DNA of 64,000 nt from Pecten maximus (Eukaryota): assembly GCF_902652985.1 (NCBI RefSeq), contig NC_047024.1, positions 25,048,001-25,112,000 of the forward strand, in the 5' to 3' direction. Below the pieces are notes generated by a model. That model worked only from the letters and a program-made list of their open reading frames with translations, was not told the origin of the DNA and ran no database searches. The first letter of the stretch is position 1; the number at the start of each line of letters is the position of its first letter. Below are positions 40,401 through 50,272 of this stretch, piece after piece. The translations under genes were made by a program, and so were the position numbers.

Positions 40401-43400
40401 ACACTCACCTTATCTTACAATTAGCATTTATATCACCAATTAATCTGTTATAGTCTTACCTATAAACATCCATTTCTGCAGTGTTTTTATATGAGAATTT
40501 GAAGGTGTAAGATTCAATGACTGTCTGCAAATAGAATTAAACGAGACATTTACAAAAAAACATTTATAAATGAAACATAAAAATACCATAATACATGTAA
40601 ATGACATCTTTAAATTTATACAGTGTAATGTTATGTAGCTTTTTTTCATTTAATTTGTAAATATAAATAACATTTAATCGAATCAAACAGAATTTACATG
40701 AAAAAGGTTTAAACTTACGATATAAGCATGGTTATTTTAAATAAATGCACAAAATTTGTGTTTTTAAGTGCACTGCAGTGAGCGTGCTATTAAGGTTGGA
40801 AACTGAATAATTAACTCTGTAGCTTTATGTAGTCAAATTTGACATTTATCATAGGCAAAGAGCTATTCTAATGACTGCAAAAAAATGTTTTGAAACAATG
40901 TGATTGTAGTTTCATTCAGGTGTTATGTACAGTGACATTGTATATTGACAAGTTGTGATACATTTCAATTCTAACCTCAGCGACTTTGACCCGTAGTACA
41001 GGTATGTGAAAGCTACATTTCACTGTTGGCAGATATTGCAACTTACTGTTGCTTAAAGTTTCATTCAAGTTTCTACAATCATGAACATTTATAAGCCCTG
41101 GAAAAGGTGTGTCCCAGTTCCTTGCCAGATTTTGTCATTTGACCTTGAACAGTGACCTTTACCTTGACCCAAGTGATGTGAAGCAGCACATGTCAAAACA
41201 AAGTCTTGGGATGGTCCGTACCATATTGTATAGGTATGCATGATCAGTTTCATTGAGTACTAGATGGAATGGGATGGACATGAGTTGATCAACTCTATAT
41301 TACTTATTATGAAAATTTCAAACTTAAAATATGAAATCTAATTCAACTTGTTGTTCTTTCATTAACTTACATCAGGGTCTTCTGCATCTATGTATATCTG
41401 AAATAAGATGAAATTATAAATTATGATACAGATTTAAATTTTTTACTAACTGCATGTAACAGTACACAAAATCATCAGACTTAAAATTGAGTATCAGAAA
41501 ACTATCATTTAGTCCTCACAAATTTCTGATTATAGACTTGCATAATAGTGTGTAAAGTAGTTATTGCAAGAATCAATGTACAAGGAGAGAAATATAGGCT
41601 CCCATTAAAACTACAATGTACGTATATACAATACAACAAATATTCAAAGTTCATCTGAAAAAGATCAATCCATATTGAATTATCATAACTTAATCACTGT
41701 TTTATGACATCCATGTGATCAGGGTTGTGTATTATTAGATTAAACTTTACACCTGAAGGTAACATTTTGTAATCTATACTTACTCCCATGATAAGCATTC
41801 TCAGCTGAAAAGGAAAACAAAAATCCACCATGATAAAGCATTTTTTTCTAAATTGAAAACCTTATGAGTGAGAATACACATCTGTTCCAGCTGGCTAGAA
41901 TGCATATCATTGATTATATAGAAACTCTACAGAGATTTTTTTAATATAAAATCACCCTTTTGACTAGAATCAGGTAAATATCATTGACACAAGGAAACTT
42001 TTATACATATTGTGTATACAAAATTAGCATCCCATTCCAAATGATCAATGTCCAAATACAATTGTCCTTATACAGAGAAACATCAATAAATAACTGTAAA
42101 TCCTGGATACCTACTAAACAAATTTTCTGGAAAAAGTTGTTTATGAATATTGATTGACAATGAACAAAAGTTAGTATGCTCGGGCAAATTGTGCCATGCA
42201 AGCTAAAAGGTCAAAAAGAATCATAACTAGCCCAGTGATTTATCTTACATATTTCTTGTCAACAGCATCAAAACATCCCTTGACCCACTTAATGACTTGG
42301 GAGGCACCTGGACAAGCACTGTCATCTCTCATAATTTTGAGATTTAAACCTGGAAGAAAAGAAGAAAATTCATATCTGGATTAAAATATGGAATCATTGA
42401 CAAGATAAAAAAGGAAAAAAACAAAAGCAAAAAGCAATGCTCTTTGTAAAGTTTCTTAGATTAGCTAGTTACATTGAATTTACATGGTTATAATAAATCC
42501 TACATATAGTTTCAAATTGAAAAGCTCTAGAATTTGTGAACAAGGGTCCAATGGGCTGGAATCGCTCAGCTGCTATCCAGTGGGCCTTTTTATACATAAA
42601 CATGATTAGAACAAGTGTATCAGAGACCAGATATAAGATCTCAGGGCCTTAATTGCAGTTATTTGAAAAGGTATCTTTTAAATATTTAGGCCATTTTAAC
42701 TCTTTCACTTAACTCATGGTCAAGGCCATTCATTTCAAATAACAGGTCACTTTTGGTTATTGAAAAGAAGCAATGGAAATATTTTGGTCCATTTGACCTT
42801 GAAGGTAGGTCAAGGTCATTCATTTGAACAAATTTGATAGGCCTTCACCCCAGCATGCTACAGAACCAATATCAGGTCTCTGGGCGGGAGGACAGACGAC
42901 GGATGCCACGCCACAGCATAAGGTCAGATGCTCTTTGGGCAAGTAAGCTAAAATGGATGGATGGACAGAAGGAAGGACAGAAAAACAAGGCCATGCATTT
43001 ATCATTTCTTTCATCAAAGTTGAACTTAAGGCTTGATCAACATCCAAATTGGAATTTACATCCCTGCTTTTCTGACATATTATTACACCATTGGCATTGC
43101 AAGTCTTTTTTTCTCATCTGCCATTACCATTTACCCTATCACCAATTTGGCTCAGCCCTTAATACATTGAATATTGTTCTTAAGTTTGAAGACTTTCAAA
43201 AAATATTTGGGAGTTATTTAATGGCAAATGATAGTGTTTTTCATAAATCAAGGGACAATAACTAAGTTTGGTGATAATCAGATAATATGTGCATGGAAAC
43301 AGTAGAAAACATTTTTTTTTCTTTGATCATGGGGCCATAGCTCTGCCAAATACCATCCAGCAAATCTGGCAATCGAACTTGGCATTAACCTGGTAATAAA

Positions 43401-44552
43401 GTTTGAAGAAAATCTGTTGACAATTGTTCCAGTTATTTCACAGAAATGGCAGAAAACAATGTTTTAAGTTAATCAAGGAGCCATACCTCCATCAAATAAA
43501 GCCAGGTAAAAGTTGCAATCAAACTTGGCAGAGCTTTCAGGCTTTAAACCTTGTTACCAAGTTTGAAGAAGACATTTGTTGCAGTTATTGTACGGAATTG
43601 AAGCGTGACAGACAGACAGTCTCAGATGGCCAGCCTGACAGATAAACCCAAATTAATATCCACTGTTTCGGTGAAAGCAGGAGATAAAAAGCGTACATTA
43701 AACCTTTACTTTTGTCTCACCTTCAAGGCATCTGTCACCAAATGCATGTTCAGGAAAAATTGCCCTGAGGTATGCAATATTGGAAATTGCAACTGCAAGC
43801 AACTTCTTGACAAATAGTGCAGACTGCTGTTCAGTAACTTGTTCATTTGGAAATATTGAAGACCACTGAAAAATTGATAAAACATATAAACATTGATGAT
43901 AAATCATCACAATAATCAGGTATACGTATTTGATTCAAAATAAATATCTTCTAGACTTTGAAAATATATTGAAAATATGTGACAATTGAAGAGTGAATAC
44001 TACCATAAGATTTAAATATAAGCTGTCACCAGGGTATATTACTATGCATTCTCTATAATGATAACCAGAAGTTTGTTTAAAAATTACATAAATTCAGTTA
44101 AATTTGAAGAACTCATTTCTTTATTCAAAAGCAAAATTTTAAGGAAGCAAACAAAATCCCAAAAACTATTAATGTCTGCATGTAAAACATACACATTTTG
44201 TATAATGTCCTTTCCGAACCATTTTTGCTGTAGGTTATTTTCAAAATATGGAATGCATAGATCTACAAACATACACTTCTGGCAATAAGTATCAGTCTTC
44301 CTAAGATCAAGAAGGAAGTACTTATTTTTGAAGGCTAAAGCTCAAAATATTGGTTGCAAATATCTCCTTGTAAGAGATACCCTGCATGTATCTATTTAGA
44401 TTATTCCTAAGAGTTAATATTAATGTGAAATGGAATGGGAGGTGTCCTGGATACAAAAGACAACATGGATTCATTTTTACAGTTGACACCAGTATTTCAC
44501 CTACCGTATTACTTTTCTCCTGGGGTCTTTGTAGTGTGGCCGTGCACGCCAT
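28479..44552 (-). CDS. HORMAD1: HORMA-domain meiotic axis protein (Hop1/HORMAD1-2 homolog) with PHD finger, winged helix and closure-motif tail; about 611 aa, 19 coding exons
   Basis: Phase-consistent GT-AG exons: 44552-44505, 43865-43721, 42349-42249, 41804-41784, 41397-41371, 40524-40460, 40287-40136, 39520-39417, 39156-39146, 36281-36137, 35883-35745, 35417-35317, 35118-35002, 34713-34648, 31980-31817, 31498-31375, 30786-30691, 30385-30275 and 28577-28479 (1836 nt in total). HORMA motifs: IFPNEQVTEQQSALFVKKLLAVAISNIAYLRAIFPE, KWVKGCFDAVDKKYLRML, ESYTFKFSY, LTMKLLYYDDCTPADYEPPGFK. Confidence 0.95.
29530..29825. mobile_element. Two adjacent fold-back (palindromic) MITE-like elements in the last HORMAD intron
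   Basis: TTCACCC..GAGATAGGGG..GATTGTTAA..TCCC / GGGAATTTAACAATC..CCCCTATCTCA..GGGTGAA around a CTCG..GCCTCG centre, followed by a second weaker hairpin. Confidence 0.65.
32220..33546 (-). mobile_element. 5'-truncated L1/Tx1-like LINE insertion with poly(A) tail and 16-bp target-site duplication, in a HORMAD intron
   Basis: ORF 33167-33546 has the knuckle CTLCNMERETIIHCLWEC. Poly-T at 32219-32238. TSD TTGGGTACTTAAATGT at 32204-32219 and 33547-33562. Spans the N gap. Confidence 0.9.
32339..32482. other. Assembly gap (N run)
   Basis: Run of n bases. Confidence 1.
34245..34640. mobile_element. Non-autonomous DNA element ending in a near-perfect palindrome of about 170 bp (34467-34636)
   Basis: TTGTTGGATATGGAATTTATTTCACACT.GTAAGTTATTTTT / AAAAATAACTTAC.AGTGTGAAATAAATTCCATATCCAACAA around CTCGCTAAGCTCG. 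The left end has the palindrome TTTATACCACACGTGGTATAAA. Confidence 0.75.
36865..37068. repeat. Tandem duplication of about 100 bp
   Basis: ATCTAAAAATCATAA...AAAAGAAATACCAAAATGTTATTGTTTACTTTGAGA...ATCTGAATAACTT occurs twice. Confidence 0.8.
37318..39126 (+). mobile_element. HINE/DINE-1-like element with about 10 copies of a 155-bp satellite, in a HORMAD intron
   Basis: Head AACAAGAGATCCCAGAGGGATCT + GCCCACCA. CCAAGATGGCTGCC at 37801, 38111, 38421 and 38731 (155-bp period). (GGAC)n tract. 3' hairpin AGCCCACCATC-TGAT-GATGGTGGGCT followed by AAAAA. Confidence 0.9.
42539..42952 (+). mobile_element. Old short copy of the 26411-28032 HINE family
   Basis: AACAAGGGTCCAATGGGC..ATCGCTCAGCTG head, CCTTCACCCCAGCATGCTACAG core and CTTTGGGCAAGTAAGCTAAAA tail. 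Confidence 0.7.
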
Positions 44553-44799
44553 TATCCTGATAAGAAATAATAAACAAAGATTACGGTAAACAAGATACAT
44601 ACATGTGATAAGCTACATAATAGTTATCTCATTAGAATTAATAGTGAAAAGCACAGGAGAATGATGATTTATAGTTATAAACATTTGTAGTAATCTCTAT
44701 ACAAAATGCTCCGTTTATGGCATTATCATTAAAAAAATATTTATAGCAATCTCTATGAAATATTTTTTATGGTACAATTTCATAGTCAGTTTGTTTGCT

Positions 44800-45110
44800 C
44801 CTTTAGATTTGTTCAGTGAGTTTATGGCCCTGCAAACAACCAGTGTCGTTTTGAGAGAGGGTCTCCATGCAGTGGTTGTCACATATATATATGATATCCA
44901 GCATTCATAATTGGGATAAAGCCAAACTGCTTAAGGACACAACAACGATTAATAGCTCAGGACAATTTCAGCCATCGGATTTCAGCTTCCTGGGAAACAC
45001 AAAATGCCCCATATGGTGCTGGGAATCATTCAAACCTCACAACATATGGATCTTCACTGGAGATTGCATTGTCAGATGCTCTACCAAATAAACAACTGAG
45101 ATTGCGAAAT
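44800..45110 (-). mobile_element. Degenerate tRNA-derived SINE
   Basis: Collinear similarity to 60075-60330 (TTTTGAG..GGGTCTCC; AAGGACACAAC.ACGA), and a TGGTAGAGCA tRNA-like head on the minus strand. Confidence 0.55.
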
Positions 45111-45373
45111 AGTGTATGTTGGCCATGGTATCATCTAAATTGATCTTATATTACTAAGCAACCTGAAAATGACAACACTTTGTCAGCTTCTCTCCCTCAA
45201 CATCCCCACCAATTTCCAGCTTGATGATACCGGCCGGCGGCGTGGAGAAGTTAGAGCCGAATCCCACTGGTGGAACTTGAGAAGTTTAAAATAGGTGTTG
45301 TTCAGGAAAACCACGATTGTCATCGTGATGACTCATCAGTGGCATAGCTTCAATGCATGAGAATGTAACAAAA

Positions 45374-46751
45374 AACAAGAGGCCCAAAGGGCCTTAACGG
45401 TCACCTGAGATTTGAAATATTTCGGCCAACTAAATTGACCCTTTTTGGCCCCACCCATCAGTCCTAATGGGGTCAGTCTATGAAGAGTATTTGATTCTAA
45501 CATATAGTAGATAAGAAGATTTTTGAAATTTCAGTCAATTTGACCCTTTTTGGCCCCACCCACCAGCCCCTGGGGGTCAACCAGGGCCAACATGTACATA
45601 ACATCAAACTGTAATCCCATGCTGATAATTTGAACCAAGTTAGAATGAATTCCAATACAAATCCAACAAATAATAGTCAAAAATGTGATTTCCCTATATA
45701 AACTATAGTAAAGTTTACCCCCTCCCCAGGGGCAAACGTGAGACCCCAGGGTCATGAAATTCACAATTTTGGTAAAGCACCTTAAGACCCTTCCATCTAT
45801 GAAGAATATTTGATTCTACCATATCTGAGAGTATAGAGAAAGATTTTTGAAATTTTAGTCAATTTGACCCTTTTTGGCCCCGCCCACCAGCCCCTGGGGG
45901 TCAACCAGGGCCAACATGTACATACCATCAAAATGTCATCCCATGCTGATAATTTGAACCAAGTTAGAATGAATTCCAATAGAAATCCAACAAATAGTAG
46001 TCAAAAATGTGATTTCCCTATATAAACTATAGTAAAGTTTACCCCCTCCCCAGGGGCAAACGTGAGACCCCAGGGTCATGAAATTCACAATTTTAGTAAA
46101 GCACCTTAAGACCCTTCCATCTATGAAGAGTATTTGATTCTACCATATCTGAGAGTAGAGAAGAAGATTTTTGAAATTTCAGTCAATTTGACCCTTTTTG
46201 GCCCCGCCCACCAGCCCCTGGGGGTCAACCAGGGCCAACATGTACATACCATCAAACTGTCATCCCATGCTGATAATTTGAACCAAGTTAGAATGAATTC
46301 CAATACAAATCCAACAAATAATAGTCAAAAATGTGATTTCCCTATATAAACTATAGTAAAGTTTACCCCCTCCCCAGGGGCAAACGTGAGACTCCAGGGT
46401 CATACAATTCACAATTTTGGTAAAGCACCACAAGACCCTTTCATCTATAAAGAGTGTTTGACTCCACCATATCTGAGAGTAGAGAAGAAGATTTTTGAAG
46501 TTTTAGTCAATTTGACCCTTTTTGGCCCCACCCCTCAGGCCCCTAGGGGGTGGGGACCATATAATTCACAATTTTGGTTGACCTTCAGCCATAGAAACTT
46601 TCTGCCAAATTTCATTGAATTTTGTTAAGTGGTTTTGTAGAAGAAGTCGAAAATGTAAAAAGTTTACGGACGTACGACGCACGACGGACGACGACGGACA
46701 AAAGGCGATTAGAATAGGTCACTTGAGACTTCGTCTCAGGTGACCTAAAAA
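45374..46751 (+). mobile_element. HINE/DINE-1-like element with about 3.3 copies of a 324-bp satellite, in the HORMAD 5'-UTR intron
   Basis: Head AACAAGAGGCCCAAAGGGCCTTAACGGTCACCTGAG, 324-bp period (repeat ORFs at 45797 and 46121), GGACGACGACGGAC tract, and 3' hairpin GGTCACTTGAGAC-TTC-GTCTCAGGTGACC followed by TAAAAA. Confidence 0.9.
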
Positions 46752-46754
46752 CCT

Positions 46755-47025
46755 GGGGGTCAGGATGAGAAAAAATTTTACAGCCTAAAAAAAAACCCCG
46801 CCTATGCCAATTTAACTCCCACTTATCAAAAATTGTATCCCCGAAAGATTGCAAAATTTGTTATAGTCATTTCATTTTCTGAAGTTTTGGCCCCCAGATC
46901 CCCCGCCAAAAAAAAATTGGCTCGCGCCTATGCCTACGCGCTCACATTACCACTAAATGACTGGACCACCGGGCACCCCCCCCCCCCCCCCCCCCCCTTT
47001 TCAAATTCCTGGATCCGTGCCTGGT
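46755..47025 (-). mobile_element. MITE remnant (CAGGCACGGATCCAG-type end with poly-G)
   Basis: CTGGATCCGTGCCTG terminus preceded by a long C-tract. Confidence 0.45.
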
Positions 47026-47559
47026 CCCATATCAGATCTTTGAGCTAGGCGTAAGTGTGACAGGGTTCAAACCACAGACACAAGTTTATAAAATATTTAC
47101 AGTTTTAATTACAGGCCACATACTGTAGAACTGATTTTTAATCTAAATTTACTATTAAAATCAACTGACAGATTACTTTGGGTCCTAATCTCACCAAGAC
47201 CATTTAAATATATATACTAAATCTTGAGGACTAATACAACAGCTTTTTTTATTCTACATACATATTTATTCTGTATTTGTATCTGAAAGAGTTAAATAGT
47301 GACAATCAGTTCTTCTCTGCCAAATAGCTATAGTATCAGATATATTTTCAGTGGCAGTTACCAATTTGTCATGTGATTGTTTTCGAACCACCATGACGAA
47401 GAAGATAGTAGACTTTTTCTACAAAATGCCTGTAACAAATGTGGAAGATGAAATGCCAAACGCTGATGTAGGTCATAATATATGGTCCCAATGTTGCATC
47501 AACTACAATCTCAAACCAAGGATAAGAATCGGCAACATCGCAAACAGATGTCCCAATTT

Positions 47560-48245
47560 CAACCAGAGAGAGTTGCATAGGACTTTTCAGTTTATGGACA
47601 CCAGGTCTTTTATCCCATTATATAAATGTCTGGTAAGATCCCAACTTGACTACGCTAGTCCTGTGTGGGCACCTCACTTACAAAAGCACATTGACAAGAT
47701 AGGAGTTCAAAGAAGAGCAACCAAGTGCCTCCCGGGAATGAAGGAATTGACCTACAGTGAGAGGCTGGAAAAACTCAGACTACCAACATTGGCATTCAGA
47801 AGAATTAGAGGAGATATTATGATAGAACTATACAAAATAATAACCGAAATATATGATAAAGAATGTTTTAATGGTATCATTTTATGGAAGGATGCTGCTG
47901 AACGCAACAGTACCAGAGGACATACCAAAAAAATATTCCCTAGACTATCCACAAATACGCTAAGAAAAAACTACTTTTCAAACAGAACAGTGTCAATCTG
48001 GAATGAATTGCCAGAACACGTTATATCAGCATTAAATGTAAACTCCTTCAAAAACAAACTAGACGATCACTGGAAAAACCAAGAACTTTTCTTTAATTAC
48101 AAAGCATCAATTAAATCATAAAAAACAATGTACAGTAGACCAGACAGAAGTACTATATCAATCAATCTGTATTATGTATTATTTTGAGTCTGGTATAGAG
48201 GACTTTAAAAGTCCTGAACCAGAAATAAACTTATCTTATCTTATC
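47560..48245 (+). mobile_element. 5'-truncated CR1-clade LINE (RT C-terminus + 3' UTR)
   Basis: LYKCLVRSQLDYASPVWAP, VQRRATK, YSERLEKLRLPTLAFRRIRGD, TRGHTKKI, FSNRTVSIWNELP and FKNKLD, ending in AATAAA + (CTTAT)3 tail. Confidence 0.92.
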
Positions 48246-48727
48246 GATCTTGTTCTGGAATCTTAAATGCTTTGATTTTGGTTTTTTGTTTGTTAAATTG
48301 ATAAAATTATGACGATCTCGTGACTTCACACGCGTCTAAGAATGTAAATTGTAATATTTCCTTTAACATCACCACCACCACTTTGTAGCACTCGATACCA
48401 CCAGTGATTCTCAAGAAGTTTAAAATGTGTTTTACAAGATGGTGGCCGTCTTGGATTAAGGACCCACCCGAAAAATAAAAACACTTGGTCAGGACCATCT
48501 CAAGAAAGATCCTGTCGTGTTAATCGAAATCACGAAACTGAGCTTATTTGTAAAGAACAGCAACATCACCACCATGCTTCAGATACATCTTAGACCAGAC
48601 AGCTATTGTTGTCATATTCACATTACTTTGATTAGCATTGATATAATCGATACAACGATGTATATCGATCAATCGCATTATTTCCATAAAATGTTCAATC
48701 GAGATGAGTCGACGAATATTGTCTCAC

Positions 48728-49092
48728 CTGTCTTCTCTTTCTTCTTGAAATGCAGACGACAATATCCCACAATGCTTAATCACGGAACTGCGCGTGAAAA
48801 CAAATCCTTGGCATGAAAACGCTTGCTTATATCAAAAACCGATAGGCTCTCCTTGATTAACCAACAAAATGATTTAATAAAAATCTGTCATATCGTTGTT
48901 CACGTGTTGTTGTTTTTAATTTTGAATATCGCGCGGTTTCAACGTTCATCCAACGTAAGCTTTGAAAACATAACATCTCAAGCGCTTTAAAGACTCGGAA
49001 CCAGAGGATTTCGATGACTTGCGCAGAGCTGTTGCTAGCAACAACAACTAACACATCCGGTAGAGAGGATTTTTGACTTGCTCGAGTAAACG
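48728..49092. promoter_or_regulatory. Probable bidirectional promoter HORMAD(-)/ROPN1L(+) with the two non-coding first exons; RFX X-box at 49031-49042
   Basis: Divergent strong donors CAG|GTGAGA (minus, 48728) and ACG|GTGAGT (plus, 49092), local CpG enrichment, palindromic GTTGCTAGCAAC, TCACGTG at 48900 and TTTGAA at 48921/48961. Confidence 0.65.
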
Positions 49093-50272
49093 GTGAGTTT
49101 TATAATCGAAAAAAATGTGTGAAATTTAAACGAATGTAATAGAAACGTATATACATTTTGTTAAAGAGTTATTAAGTCGATTAATGATTTGAAAAGCACT
49201 GTTTACGAAGGAAAATGAAACACGAAAAGTTAGAAAACCCCTGACACAGAAGTGGCTACTGTCACTGTGTACATCAGACATATCGAATGTTAGATTCATT
49301 TTAAATCATATCTTCGAAATCCATTGTAAAACATCACATCATTAACCAACTATACAACGGAAAATTCATGCCATTATCATGTAATCATTAATTTTAAATA
49401 TGTAAAGATGCAACCTACATGTACTTTATTTGATGTAAAGTCCAACATAATATATGCAGGACATTTGGGGCTGATTATGGACCAAATTCCCAGCTAAAAT
49501 GATTTATTATTGAAGCCAACTTCCACAATATTACAGTTTATTCCTGAAAAATACAAATTCACCAATTTTCTTCCCCAAATCAGGCAAATAGCCCCAATCT
49601 TAAATCGAGAGAAAAAAGCCCTACATACATGTACAGTAATAATGTACAATATTATATGTATTACCATTTAGGAGATTTGTTCAGGCCCTGTTAAACTATT
49701 ATAACCATAGCCTCATGGATCAGTTACTATGTATATATGTATTCTCAATTTGAACTAGCACAATTTGATATTTTAATTGCTTAATCTATTACAAGGGCTC
49801 CAAATTTGCCCGTCAAATTTCCTTTTCAGAACGTATTAGATAATTTTAAACCACATGTATTCCATTGCAATAGCTATAGTAGCTGTTCCTCTGTTTACCA
49901 GTCATTAGTAAGCTATTACTTATTTAATTGTTGGGTCTTTCTGTTATTTTTCATTCATAAAATAATATCTAAGGATTTGGCTTGTGTGTACAGTACAGTA
50001 ATACATGCAGGTGATAAAAACTTTTTTTTAAATGTATATTACATTTTTGACATACTTATAACCTTATACCCAGGTCATTTACATTACCTTAAGTATAAAT
50101 TTTGATATGATTGGCATGAATTCATTAAATGACAAATAATCAGTATAAATAATCCTGTGAAAAAAAAGGAAAAAAATAATACAATTCTTACCAAACTTGT
50201 CAGCTAATACATTTTGATGTTGTAATATATTTATAATAACAATTTTTATTTCTCCATAGCCAAACAGCAAGC

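Noticed and set aside
47351-48121. 256-aa ORF as a host gene
   Set aside because: It is the C-terminal part of a CR1 reverse transcriptase fused by chance to upstream sequence.
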